Positions 18,713-29,005 of a stretch of 64,000 bases of DNA are shown here, piece by piece. The notes beneath the pieces are model-generated. The model saw only the letters and a program-made list of their open reading frames with translations. It did no database searches and was not told the DNA's origin. Every line of letters begins with the position of its first letter. Positions within the stretch are counted from its first letter, which is position 1. Source of the DNA: Candidatus Thorarchaeota archaeon (GTDB taxonomy: Archaea > Asgardarchaeota > Thorarchaeia > Thorarchaeales > Thorarchaeaceae); the NCBI GenBank assembly GCA_048882045.1, contig JBHLRZ010000008.1, positions 32,001 to 96,000 on the forward strand, in the 5' to 3' direction. A program made the position numbers and the translations under genes.

Positions 18713-20380
18713 ATGGGCGAATCTGAATTTGATGTTGTAGTAATCGGAGGCGGCAGTACCGGGACTGCTGTTGCTCGAGACTGTGCAATGCGTGGACTGA
18801 GGACTCTTCTGCTAGAACGTGATGATATTGCTTCAGCCACAGTTGGAACCTGCGCGGGAATGATCTCTTCGGGTCTCAAATATCGTAGGGAACCTGATAT
18901 CGTTACGATGTGCTCGAGAGAGGTGGTGCACTTCAAGAACATCTCTAAACATATCATCATGAAAGTCCCAATCTTAACCCCATTCTTCAGTTTGGAAGAG
19001 GTAGGGAGCAGTACAGATTATGTAACATCGTACGCAGACCACGCGGAAGAGAGAAATGTCCCTGAAATGCTGTTTCTTACCCCTGATGCGGCTGTTGAGT
19101 TAGAACCAAAAATCAACCCAGATATTCTGGCAAGTGTCTACTATGAAGAGTACTTTATTGATCCGTTTAGATTGTGCATGCTCCAGGCATTGGATGCTAT
19201 GAATCATGGTGCTGTCGTTAAGACATATTGTGAAGTTGTCGATATTGAAATTGACGACCAAGAAGGAAGAGTTGAGAATGTTGTCTTCTACAACAGAATT
19301 ACTGGTGAAATTGAAAGGATCCATACAAAGTCCATAGTGAACGCCGCAGGACCTTGGGGCCGCAAGATTGCAGAGAATGCAGGAGCAACCTTGGAGCTTC
19401 GACTCAACAAAGGATCTCATATCATACTTGATAGAAGAGTTGTCAATGTGGGCGTTATTGTGAAATCCCTCGACGGCAGATGGGTCTATCTAATACCTCA
19501 TGAAAACACTACATTGCTTGGAACCACTGCACTCGATACCTGGGAAGATCCTGATTCATTAGTAGCCACCTTAGATGAGATAGAATATTTACTCCAAAGT
19601 TTTGAAAAACATGTACCTTCGATTCGTGAGGCTCGAATCATTCGGACCATGGTCGGTGTGAGACCTTTGGTGCCTCAGTGGAATATGCCAGAAGATGATG
19701 TTACCAGAGGCTACGAAGTTATCGATCATGAAATCAGAGATGACATCAAAGGATTGATCAGCTTCACAGGCGGCAAACTCGTCATGTGTAGAATCATGGC
19801 TGAGGATGCTACTGACCTTGTATGTAAGATGCTTGGAAAGAAGACTAAGTGTACAACTCATGAGAAACCACTTCCTGGGAATGAAGCAGATGTGGATATA
19901 ATCGCACTCTCGAATGAATTTGGGCTCTCCATGCATACCCTTGAAAGAATGCGTGTTCGAAGGGGAACTGAGATTGTCAAAATCCTCGAACTAACTAAGA
20001 ATCATCCTGAATGGAAGACAGCAATCTGTACTTGTGAACCAGTCATCGAGGCTGAGATTCGATATGCAATAAGAGAAGAGTTCCCACAAACGCTAAACGA
20101 TCTGCGCCGAAGGCTAAGACTTGGGACAGGTCCCTGCCAAGGAACATTTTGTACATACAAAGCTGCAGGTATTCTCGCAGAAGAGCTTGAGCTAAGTGGC
20201 GATGACTTTCTGGTTGATATTCTTGACTTTCGAGCCGAGAGATGGAAAGGTATCAGACCCTCCTTGAGAGGTGAACAACTTGCACAGGAAGAACTTGCTC
20301 AAGGCATGTATGCATGCGTGGGGAATCTAGACCAGTCTGATGTGGACTATGACATCAAACCCTGGGAGGAGGGGACATAA
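18713..20380 (+). CDS. glpA: Anaerobic glycerol-3-phosphate dehydrogenase subunit A-like
   Basis: GGGSTG, NAAGPW, KGSH, GVRPL, GGK motifs; C-terminal BFD-like CTCE...CQGTFC. Confidence 0.85.
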   Translation: MGESEFDVVVIGGGSTGTAVARDCAMRGLRTLLLERDDIASATVGTCAGMISSGLKYRREPDIVTMCSREVVHFKNISKHIIMKVPILTPFFSLEEVGSSTDYVTSYADHAEERNVPEMLFLTPDAAVELEPKINPDILASVYYEEYFIDPFRLCMLQALDAMNHGAVVKTYCEVVDIEIDDQEGRVENVVFYNRITGEIERIHTKSIVNAAGPWGRKIAENAGATLELRLNKGSHIILDRRVVNVGVIVKSLDGRWVYLIPHENTTLLGTTALDTWEDPDSLVATLDEIEYLLQSFEKHVPSIREARIIRTMVGVRPLVPQWNMPEDDVTRGYEVIDHEIRDDIKGLISFTGGKLVMCRIMAEDATDLVCKMLGKKTKCTTHEKPLPGNEADVDIIALSNEFGLSMHTLERMRVRRGTEIVKILELTKNHPEWKTAICTCEPVIEAEIRYAIREEFPQTLNDLRRRLRLGTGPCQGTFCTYKAAGILAEELELSGDDFLVDILDFRAERWKGIRPSLRGEQLAQEELAQGMYACVGNLDQSDVDYDIKPWEEGT

Positions 20381-21757
20381 ATGGATCTAGATGCTGACCT
20401 CCTTGTCATAGGCGGTGGAATGGCTGGACTCATTGCTGGTACTGTAGCTGCAGAGAACGGACTCAATACAGTGCTTCTCAGAAAGGGACAGAGCGCCACA
20501 GCTTTCTCCTCTGGTGCGATCGATGTAATTGGCTATCTGCCCGAGGCTACTTCTCCATTCATCACACCGGAAGAAGGTCTCACTGCAATTGCTGGACTCT
20601 ATCCCCTTCACCCGTACAGTGTGATTGGATATGGTGAAGATGTCTTACCAGATGATGTAGTCGATGCAATCATTTCTCGAACTAGAGAATCAGTTCATTG
20701 GTTGAAGAATCGGCTCAGTGACACAAACAGTCCTCTTGTCGGTGATTTTGAGTCAAACATGAATGCGATGACAATTCTTGGGACTACCAAACCCACTTGT
20801 CTGGTACAGAAGACATTGGATCCGCTAGATCTGGAAGAGAATGAAGATAGCATATTATTGATTGCTGGAATTTCTGGTTACCCCGATTTTAATCCTTCAG
20901 CAGCTGCGAAGACGTATCTTGAAGACCGCGTTGCTCTAAGCCAACCGCCACGCAAGGTTGCTCATTGTAACATACACACTAGTCCATTTGGAAATAAGCA
21001 AAACTTGTCCGCTGTTGAGATTGCGCGTCATCTAGACCACAAGTATGGACTAGACGAAGTGGCACAACAGCTAAAGGAACACACAGAGAGAATTGGCGCG
21101 ACACATGTTGCTCTCCCACCAATAATTGGTCTACGCAATGCAGTTGATAATCAGACTAGATTAAAGCAAATCCTGGGAGCACATGTTTTTGAACTCCTAG
21201 GTTTTCCACCATCGGTACCGGGACTTCGCCTCCAATTGGCTCTAGAGGAGATGTTCAAGAGAGCTGGAGGGAAATTGCTTGTCGGTCATAACGCCATATC
21301 CTATGAAAAACAGAATGACATTGTTGAGAATGTAAAAGCACAGGCTCCTCGAAGACACCTAAAGATCAAAGCCAAGGCATTCATTCTTGCCACAGGGAAA
21401 TTCATCGGCGGCGGACTCTCTGGTGATGAGAACGGTGTTCGAGAAACTATGTTTGGTCTAATGACAGTAACTGGCTCATATCACTCAGCAGAGGACATCC
21501 TACCTTCGAAGGAAACAAATCGGTTTGCCATTACTCCTGAGGGGCAGCCTGTCTATTCGACCGGTGTAACAATTGATCCACACTTCCGTCCTATACAAGA
21601 TGAGGGTGTTGAATGGGCAAGAAACCTCTTTGCTGCAGGTTCAGTACTTGCTGGATACAACTATGCTGTTGAGAAGAGTGGACTAGGAGTCGCATTGACC
21701 AGTGGTTTTAGTGCTGCACTGCATGCATCTAACTACGTAAAGGAGGTGGCCAAATGA
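20381..21757 (+). CDS. glpB: Anaerobic glycerol-3-phosphate dehydrogenase subunit B
   Basis: GGGMAG, FSSGAID, PPSVPGLRL, LATGKFIGGGL, GLGVA motifs. Confidence 0.88.
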   Translation: MDLDADLLVIGGGMAGLIAGTVAAENGLNTVLLRKGQSATAFSSGAIDVIGYLPEATSPFITPEEGLTAIAGLYPLHPYSVIGYGEDVLPDDVVDAIISRTRESVHWLKNRLSDTNSPLVGDFESNMNAMTILGTTKPTCLVQKTLDPLDLEENEDSILLIAGISGYPDFNPSAAAKTYLEDRVALSQPPRKVAHCNIHTSPFGNKQNLSAVEIARHLDHKYGLDEVAQQLKEHTERIGATHVALPPIIGLRNAVDNQTRLKQILGAHVFELLGFPPSVPGLRLQLALEEMFKRAGGKLLVGHNAISYEKQNDIVENVKAQAPRRHLKIKAKAFILATGKFIGGGLSGDENGVRETMFGLMTVTGSYHSAEDILPSKETNRFAITPEGQPVYSTGVTIDPHFRPIQDEGVEWARNLFAAGSVLAGYNYAVEKSGLGVALTSGFSAALHASNYVKEVAK

Positions 21758-22992
21758 ACGAGAATGAGGCTTTCGAATATGCAAAGACGACTCTGAAGGA
21801 GGAGAGAATCACACCCTTCAGAGCTGATGAGATGGATGTCGTCAAGTCTGTCGAATCTTGCATTAACTGCGGGCTCTGTATTCAACACTGCCCAGTCGTC
21901 GCTGCAGTCGGAGTAAATCGTTTCAGCGGCCCTCGAAGCATAGCAGTAGAATTGAGTAGGTCTCCTCCTGAGTTCTGGACAACTGCTGACACAGTCTATC
22001 TGTGTACTGGTTGTGGTACATGTCGAGAAGTATGTCCCAAGGACGTCAACATTCCTGAAGTTGTCAATATGATTCGCTCTCGTATTTTCGAGTACCGACC
22101 AGAACTAGTTCCCAAGGGGTTCTATGTAGTCCGAGAAGTAATTACAGAACATAACCTGGCCTTCGAGCCATGGGAGGACTTGGAGGAGAAAGCAGAGAGT
22201 AGAGATATGCGTCTGGAGCGACTCGGACTTCCATTCATTGAAGATGCAAAACTGTCCGATGCTGAAGTCATTTTCTATCCTGGTTGTCAGGCTGAGGAAC
22301 GAGCACAGGAGGTCCGTGAGGCTGCAAAGGTGATTTTGGACTTCTTTGACGTCAACTACACTGTACTGGATGAAATGTCCTGCTGCGGTCTACCATCAGT
22401 TCTGATGGGTGATCACGCGACTGCAACGAACCTGGCAAAGAAACTCCATGAAAAAGTGAGAAAAATCGGAGCCAAGATGGTTGTCACGACATGTGCTGGG
22501 TGTACTGGCAATCTTTCAGAGATTTCTGAACGAGATGAGTGGGGAATACCTACAGTACACGTCTTAGAGTTTCTTGCTGAGCAAGTAGGTTTTGAAAGAA
22601 TTGAGAAAGCCTTTGGCGAAGCATCAGACTACTCAGATGTTCATGTATCTGTTCATGATCCTTGCCACCTCATCAAACACACTTCTCGTCAAATTATGGA
22701 TTATGCACTTGATATCCTCCGGAGAGTTCCGGGTGTCAGAGTATCAGAGTCCAATGCACACGATTCTTGTTGCGGCGGAGGTGGTCTAGTGTCATATCAC
22801 GCAAAAGATGTAGCCAATGCAGTCGTCAGAGAGAACCTTAAGGCAATCAATGAGACTGGTGCAGAAAGAATAGTAACCCCCTGTCCTCTGTGTACTGCCC
22901 AAATTGAAAGTAATCTGTTCAGGACTGGAAGTTCCGTTGAAGTCGATGATCTGACGGTGTTCTTGGCTCAAAGGCTTCCTAAGAAAAGGTGA
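21754..22992 (+). CDS. glpC: GlpC-like Fe-S subunit (2x4Fe-4S plus two CCG domains)
   Basis: CINCGLCIQHCP, CTGCGTCREVCP, CCG, HDPC, CCGG; ATGA overlap with glpB. Confidence 0.8.
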   Translation: MNENEAFEYAKTTLKEERITPFRADEMDVVKSVESCINCGLCIQHCPVVAAVGVNRFSGPRSIAVELSRSPPEFWTTADTVYLCTGCGTCREVCPKDVNIPEVVNMIRSRIFEYRPELVPKGFYVVREVITEHNLAFEPWEDLEEKAESRDMRLERLGLPFIEDAKLSDAEVIFYPGCQAEERAQEVREAAKVILDFFDVNYTVLDEMSCCGLPSVLMGDHATATNLAKKLHEKVRKIGAKMVVTTCAGCTGNLSEISERDEWGIPTVHVLEFLAEQVGFERIEKAFGEASDYSDVHVSVHDPCHLIKHTSRQIMDYALDILRRVPGVRVSESNAHDSCCGGGGLVSYHAKDVANAVVRENLKAINETGAERIVTPCPLCTAQIESNLFRTGSSVEVDDLTVFLAQRLPKKR

Positions 22993-23000
22993 AGAGTCTC

Positions 23001-24428
23001 ATGCTTGATCCCAAAACAAAAGAAGAAGCTCTCAAGAAGATCCGTAAGATTGTGGGTAAAGACAATATCACGGAGCTTGAAACAGACAGGATATTGAATG
23101 CTCATGATGCTTGGCCACTTGCTCTAGCAAAGATTCGAGCTGCTGAGATTCTCCCTCAAGCTGACTTGGTGGTCTTCCCAGGAAATACTGAAGAAATTTC
23201 TAAAATCCTTATGATAGCCAATGAGTTAAACATTCCAGTGATACCTGTCGGAGGAGGAGCCGGAACTTGTGGTGGAACAGTGCCTTTGTATGGTGGAATT
23301 CATCTCGACCTGAAAAGATTGAACAAAATCTATGAGATTGACCATTCCTCCTTGACTGTCCGAGTACAAGCAGGAGTGGTAGGAATTGATCTTGAGGAGG
23401 ACGTGAATCGACATGGGTACACAACTGGTCACACGCCAACTTCATCCCGCGCATCAAATGTTGGTGGTTTCATTGCTACTAGATCCGGAGGATCAATGTC
23501 GTCACTCTATGGCAAGATAGAGGATTTGACACTAGGACTCGAGGTAGTCCTGCCGGATGGATCCATCGTCAAGACAAAGGCTGTACCTCGACAATCTGTC
23601 GGACCTGACCTGCGTGAGCTGTTCATAGGATCTGAGGGTACACTAGGAGTAATTACTGAAGCAACACTTCGTCTTTTTCCGCAACCTGAAGAAAGGCGAT
23701 TCCGAAGTCTGAGCTTTCCTGACGTTCATAGTGGCTTAGAGGCAATTCGTAAGATATTTCGAGAGAGTATCCTCCCATCAGTGGCTCGGCTCTATGATCC
23801 AGAAGACGCATCATATAGTTTCTCAAATCATTTTGAGTTTGAGGAAGGTCATTGCATCATGCTTCTAGCTTTTGATGGAGATAAGAAGAAAGTAGAGATT
23901 GATGAGGCAAGGTCTCTAGTTATCTGTAGGGAAGAAGGAGGAACGGAACTTAGAGAAAACATCGCCAAATACTGGTGGGAACACCGTTTTGACATGTATT
24001 ATCCATCTCGACTGACAACCACTGGCTATACTGTAGTTGACACCATCGACATAGTTGCGACATATGATAAACTCGAAAATGTGTATTACGCTATGAAGAA
24101 GGCAATGGAGGCATACGACACATTTGTCATCTCGCACTTCTCTCACATGTATCAGAATGGCGGAAGTATCTACATGATTTTCTATTCGTCACAGCCTGAT
24201 GCAAAGTCTGCATGGGAAACCTATGACAAGATCTTTGCAGATGGAGTTGCAGCCTGTCTGAGAGAAGGAGGGACAATGAGTCATCAGCATGGTGTAGGAC
24301 TCTCGCGAACAACTTTCACTGAAGACGAACTGGGTTCAGGTTTTGACGTACTCAAAAAGATCAAAGAGGTCTTGGATCCCAACGGAATAATGAATCCTGG
24401 AAAACTCGGTCTGGGGGTGCGCAAGTGA
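23001..24428 (+). CDS. VAO/PCMH FAD oxidoreductase, alkyl-dihydroxyacetonephosphate synthase (AGPS)-like
   Basis: GHTPTS..SNVGGFIATR.GG..S.LYGKIED, VPRQSVGPD, GSEGTLG, RLYD, SH.Y..G.SIY, HQHGVG, DPNGIMNPGK. Closer to the AGPS pattern than to GlcD. Confidence 0.8.
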   Translation: MLDPKTKEEALKKIRKIVGKDNITELETDRILNAHDAWPLALAKIRAAEILPQADLVVFPGNTEEISKILMIANELNIPVIPVGGGAGTCGGTVPLYGGIHLDLKRLNKIYEIDHSSLTVRVQAGVVGIDLEEDVNRHGYTTGHTPTSSRASNVGGFIATRSGGSMSSLYGKIEDLTLGLEVVLPDGSIVKTKAVPRQSVGPDLRELFIGSEGTLGVITEATLRLFPQPEERRFRSLSFPDVHSGLEAIRKIFRESILPSVARLYDPEDASYSFSNHFEFEEGHCIMLLAFDGDKKKVEIDEARSLVICREEGGTELRENIAKYWWEHRFDMYYPSRLTTTGYTVVDTIDIVATYDKLENVYYAMKKAMEAYDTFVISHFSHMYQNGGSIYMIFYSSQPDAKSAWETYDKIFADGVAACLREGGTMSHQHGVGLSRTTFTEDELGSGFDVLKKIKEVLDPNGIMNPGKLGLGVRK

Positions 24429-25549
24429 CCGATCTTGAGCGGATAGCGGAGCAAGTGCGAATGTGTGCCGGTTGTCCGAAAATGTGTAGACACGTGTGTC
24501 CAACATTCTTCGCTTGGCGGTCAGATGCTCCCACTCCTCACGGTCGAGCACTGCTCATACATCATGAAATCTCGGGTTCCCGTGATATTGACGACAGAGG
24601 TGTGGAAGTACTCTACCAGTGCCTTGAGTGTAGCCACTGTCTAACTTGGTGCAAGCCAGAGATTGACATCGCTTCGCTTATAGAACAAAAAAGACGCGAA
24701 CTCGTGGCAGAAGGAAGACAACCGAAGGGCCTCAGGAAACTTTCTGTATCTGTACGAAAGAAATTCAATCCGTTCAACGAACCTTCAGACAATAGGAATG
24801 ACTGGATTAAAACGAAGAAGGGCAAAGGCACACCAGTGCTCTATTTCGTAGGTTGTCTATCTTCTTACCGTGAGAAAGAGATTGCAAATGACACTGTAAT
24901 GTCACTCGAGCTACTTGGTTATCGTGTGACTGTCACTGCCGACGAAAGATGCTGTGGTTCACCTCTATTCAGGACCGGAGACGTAGAGGGAGGACTCGAG
25001 ATAGCCAAGCACAATGTCGCTATTTTGAATAATCTGGAAGTCCAAGAAATTGTCACATCCTGCCCAGGATGTTATCGTTTATTGACACAGGACTATCCAA
25101 CTCACGGTCTGGAGATCAATAAACCCGTTCGACACGTCAGTCAGGTTTTGTCCGAATCCCTAGAGAAACTTCCAATTTCCAAATATGATGGAAATATCAC
25201 CTATCACGATCCATGCCATTTAGGAAGGCACAGTGGCATCTATGATCAACCAAGGGATGTAATTGCTCATATATCTGGAAAACCAATAGTTGAAATGGAA
25301 CGGAATCGAAACAACTCGACCTGCTGTGGCAACGGAGCTGGTTTGAGAACATTATTTCCAGATGCAGCCAAGAAGATTGGTACTGAAAGAATCCGCCATG
25401 CAAAAGACGTGAATGCAAAATACATTGTAACATCTTGCCCTTTTTGCAAGAATATGCTCGAATCCCAGACTGACGAATCAGTATCCGTGATGGATTTACC
25501 TCAGTTTGTTACCAAAGCTTGGATGCGCCGCGATGTTAAGATAGATTAG
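24425..25549 (+). CDS. Fe-S oxidoreductase (GlcF/HdrD-like, CCG domains)
   Basis: CAGCPKMCRHVCP, CLECSHC...C, CCG, HDPC, CCG, CPFC; overlaps the upstream gene. Confidence 0.88.
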   Translation: MTDLERIAEQVRMCAGCPKMCRHVCPTFFAWRSDAPTPHGRALLIHHEISGSRDIDDRGVEVLYQCLECSHCLTWCKPEIDIASLIEQKRRELVAEGRQPKGLRKLSVSVRKKFNPFNEPSDNRNDWIKTKKGKGTPVLYFVGCLSSYREKEIANDTVMSLELLGYRVTVTADERCCGSPLFRTGDVEGGLEIAKHNVAILNNLEVQEIVTSCPGCYRLLTQDYPTHGLEINKPVRHVSQVLSESLEKLPISKYDGNITYHDPCHLGRHSGIYDQPRDVIAHISGKPIVEMERNRNNSTCCGNGAGLRTLFPDAAKKIGTERIRHAKDVNAKYIVTSCPFCKNMLESQTDESVSVMDLPQFVTKAWMRRDVKID

Positions 25550-25568
25550 GACCGATGTGATTCACACA

Positions 25569-26690
25569 ATGATTGATATGGATGCTGAAGAATCCCTAAG
25601 GCTAAAAGTGCGGCTACTGACACAGGGTGCTTCTCTACCTGAGGGTGAATCGGGAGGGAGGCAAGGTGGCGCTGGTCCGGTAGGTGGCCGATACTTCTAT
25701 TTGCCAAATGGTCGGCCATGTGGCATCCCAATTCGGAGGGGAGAAATGGCAGCCATATATCATTCTGCCCCAATTGAGCCTACTGATAACCCTGAAATCT
25801 GGCTTTATGATGATAAATATGAGTTCAGGTTGATTCCTATACCAAAGTTCTACAAACTCAAAACATCTGATGGTATTGAATTCAGTAAAATTGCTCTATT
25901 ACATGGCTCTCGAACATTAGCAACAACAGTCTATCAGTCGTGTAGATACTGGTCACTTGGGATGGAATGTAAATTTTGTACAATCCCTCATTCACATACC
26001 TCTGGCAATACAGTTCTTCAGAAGACTCCAAAGCAGATTTCGGAAGTAGTATTGGCGGCTGAGAGTGAAGGAGTGGTTGATGATGTGTTGCTCACAACTG
26101 GAACGCCCGAATCTCCCGACATGGGAGTTGAAAATCTGATTCATATAATTAAAGCTATTAGAGAATCAACATCAATCCCAATAGCTGTTCAGTTTGAACC
26201 CCCAGTTGATAAGAGTACAATCAAGTTAGTGGCTGACGCTGGTGCAAATGCTGTTGGAATGCATATCGAAAGCGCTGATGAATCAATACGTGAGGATGTA
26301 TGTCCAGGAAAATATGAGCACGGTTCCTTGGATTTGTACAAAAGGAGCTGGCATCACGCTCTCGAATACTTTGAAAAAGGAAATGTAAGCACATACATCT
26401 TACATGGTTTGGGAGAAAACCACGAACGAACATTATCCCTTGTGGACGAGTTAGCCGAAGCAGGAATAATGCCCATTGTAGCTCCTGTCCGCCCTTCAGG
26501 AGGTAGTCAACTTGCTGACTACATTCCAACATATGTGAATGATCTAGAAGGGTCGGTTGAATTATACAAAAAGGTAGGTGCTATCCTCTACAAACATGAT
26601 TTGAATCCAGAAAAGACACTGGGAGGTTGTCACAACTGTGGAGGTTGTACACCAATCCAAGAGGCATATTACTGGGCTGCACAGTTATAA
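25569..26690 (+). CDS. Radical SAM protein, MSMEG_0568-like
   Basis: R.GGAGP, IALLHG, atypical Cx8CxxC (CRYWSLGMECKFC), C-terminal CHNCGGC. Confidence 0.8.
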   Translation: MIDMDAEESLRLKVRLLTQGASLPEGESGGRQGGAGPVGGRYFYLPNGRPCGIPIRRGEMAAIYHSAPIEPTDNPEIWLYDDKYEFRLIPIPKFYKLKTSDGIEFSKIALLHGSRTLATTVYQSCRYWSLGMECKFCTIPHSHTSGNTVLQKTPKQISEVVLAAESEGVVDDVLLTTGTPESPDMGVENLIHIIKAIRESTSIPIAVQFEPPVDKSTIKLVADAGANAVGMHIESADESIREDVCPGKYEHGSLDLYKRSWHHALEYFEKGNVSTYILHGLGENHERTLSLVDELAEAGIMPIVAPVRPSGGSQLADYIPTYVNDLEGSVELYKKVGAILYKHDLNPEKTLGGCHNCGGCTPIQEAYYWAAQL

Positions 26691-26745
26691 AAATCTGGAT
26701 GAATACGAGAAGTTAAAGCATCGAATCTTTATTTTGTCCAATGCC

Positions 26746-27237
26746 ATGGACGACTATCGGGCTGAAGAGATAATCATCGTTGAATTCACTGAAGATGATG
26801 CTATAGAGATATCTGAACTCTTCAGTCAGGTTTGGCCTTTAGCAACCGAATATCCTGAACATTGGCGAAATAAAAGGATCTATACACCAGAACAAATTGT
26901 TGATGATATGAAGACTGGATATCATTACTTTGGTAGCCGCTTAAGCGGTAGAATTGTTGGACTTTACAAGGCAAAAATTACTGAAAAGGGATTATTCGGT
27001 GAACATCAGACAGTACGTCCTGAATGTAGGGCTACTGGATTGGCTTCTGCAATGTACATCCAATTTGCAGAGTATGGACGAGCCAATGGTTGCAAACGGA
27101 ATTACTGTAACATCTTAGTTGGTCAGGAAGTCGGAGAGAAGCTTATGAAAAAGTATGGCTTTCGTCCTTGGGGTGAACCATATGAACAGGATGAGGGAAT
27201 GTTGGTCCAGATGTATGAACGACTTCTCGATGACTGA
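26746..27237 (+). CDS. GNAT N-acetyltransferase
   Basis: V.PECRATGLA acetyl-CoA motif and KKYGF motif. Confidence 0.8.
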   Translation: MDDYRAEEIIIVEFTEDDAIEISELFSQVWPLATEYPEHWRNKRIYTPEQIVDDMKTGYHYFGSRLSGRIVGLYKAKITEKGLFGEHQTVRPECRATGLASAMYIQFAEYGRANGCKRNYCNILVGQEVGEKLMKKYGFRPWGEPYEQDEGMLVQMYERLLDD

Positions 27238-27300
27238 CACTCCGAAAGACCTTTAGACGATATGAATTGCCACAGGCTCAACATCCCGAAGAGTGATATC

Positions 27301-28968
27301 ATGGAAGTCTTTCCTATTCTTGTCGATGGAGAAGAGGTTGACACAGGAAAATACACGGTCTTTCCTGATATGGAAAAGGTCACAGCAGATCCAGGTTTGG
27401 CTATTGCACTACAGATGCAACAAACCTCTTCGTTCTCTCGATTCATTTTCTCAAAGACACCAAGCTTGATTCCTCAGAGTTCTCCTGACATGAGGTTTCT
27501 TCGGGAATACAGGAAGTATCATGGAGTTCCCAAGTACACTAAGGATGAGCTAGATGAAGTGGCATACGCCAAGATTTCAGTAGCACGTGAGGAAGATATC
27601 GAACGTGCGCTGAAAGCAGGTACTCGGGACCACAAGAAGCTCTTCAATCCATTTAGACTTCCTGACATGGGTGTAACTCTGGATGAACGTGCGGACGCTC
27701 TCTACGAGGCAGGACTTGCTCTGAAGAAGAACTGGGAATCAGTCCGAGACATTTCGATTAAGGAAGGTGTTCCACTAGGCACTCTGAAGTGGACTTGGGA
27801 ACTATTCGAGCCTTCTGCTTACAGAAAATCAGTGGATGAATGGGGAAATCTTCTAGATGTTATTGAGGATCCTGGACTTGATGGAGGCCGGAACTATCGG
27901 TTTAGAGAACCATATGGAATATCTTGTCTCTTCACACCCTATAACTCACCAATTGCACTCGGCATCCTCTCAATAACTTCCTCCATCCTCGCAGGAAACT
28001 CTACAATTTTGAAACCTCCAAATAAAGTCCCTCTTAGTACGATTCTCTTAGGAAGGATCTACGTGGAATCCTTTCTTGATAGAGGACTACCACCATCATT
28101 GCTTCAAGTTCTAACTGGAGATGGCAAACGCATGATGAACAGGTTCATGTCCGACTCACGTGTGGGTGCAATAGTATGGTACGGGGACAGTGACACTGGC
28201 ATCAAGCTCTGGGCTGAAGCCACTTCCAAACGAATCCAGATGGCTCCTGAGCTTGCAGGTAGTGATGCTTGCCTTGTGTGGGGCAGAGATGTGGATCTTG
28301 AGAAGGCAGCTGATATCATCGTTCGAGGAAGGTATCTTGGTAGCGGGCAAGCTTGCATGGCGGTCAAAAGATTGCTTGTTCAAGATTCACTCCATGACGA
28401 ACTCGTACGACTTGTTGTTGAAGAATCTGAAAAACTCAAGGTGGGTCTCCCATCAGATCCTGATGTCACACTACCTCCTGTAGGATTTACAGCTCTCTAT
28501 CAGTTAATTGACCAGATGGAGGATGCCATTGCCAAAGGAGCAAAGATTGAAACAGGTGGTTATCGTGTTAACTATCTTGACGAGCTTGATCCTGCAGGTC
28601 TGTTCTACAAACCAACTGTTCTGACAAATATCAATCTGGATATGCGACTGATGCAGGAAGAAGTGTTCGCCCCTGCACTCCCTGTTTATCCAGTATCGAG
28701 TGTTGATCAAGCAATAGAGGTTGCGAACAACTCGAGGTTTGGACTACGGTCATCGGTCATCACAGATGACATCAAGGTTCGCCAACAATGGATAAAGGAA
28801 ATCCAATCAGCAGGCGTAGGCATGGGTGATGACCACGTTTACTATGACCCTTACATGCCTCATTTGGGAGGTTACAAGGACTCAGGCATCGTTGGTGGAA
28901 AGTACTTCACAACTATGCTTACACGAATGAAGTACGTGCATACAGGTCCAGACAGTGGATTTCTATGA
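27301..28968 (+). CDS. Aldehyde dehydrogenase family protein
   Basis: REPYG, PYN.P, LKP, PELAG (Glu), GQAC (Cys), EEVFAP, FGL motifs. Confidence 0.88.
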   Translation: MEVFPILVDGEEVDTGKYTVFPDMEKVTADPGLAIALQMQQTSSFSRFIFSKTPSLIPQSSPDMRFLREYRKYHGVPKYTKDELDEVAYAKISVAREEDIERALKAGTRDHKKLFNPFRLPDMGVTLDERADALYEAGLALKKNWESVRDISIKEGVPLGTLKWTWELFEPSAYRKSVDEWGNLLDVIEDPGLDGGRNYRFREPYGISCLFTPYNSPIALGILSITSSILAGNSTILKPPNKVPLSTILLGRIYVESFLDRGLPPSLLQVLTGDGKRMMNRFMSDSRVGAIVWYGDSDTGIKLWAEATSKRIQMAPELAGSDACLVWGRDVDLEKAADIIVRGRYLGSGQACMAVKRLLVQDSLHDELVRLVVEESEKLKVGLPSDPDVTLPPVGFTALYQLIDQMEDAIAKGAKIETGGYRVNYLDELDPAGLFYKPTVLTNINLDMRLMQEEVFAPALPVYPVSSVDQAIEVANNSRFGLRSSVITDDIKVRQQWIKEIQSAGVGMGDDHVYYDPYMPHLGGYKDSGIVGGKYFTTMLTRMKYVHTGPDSGFL

Positions 28969-29005
28969 GTCCAAAGATTGAACAGTCTGAACATCAGTCA
29001 GACAT

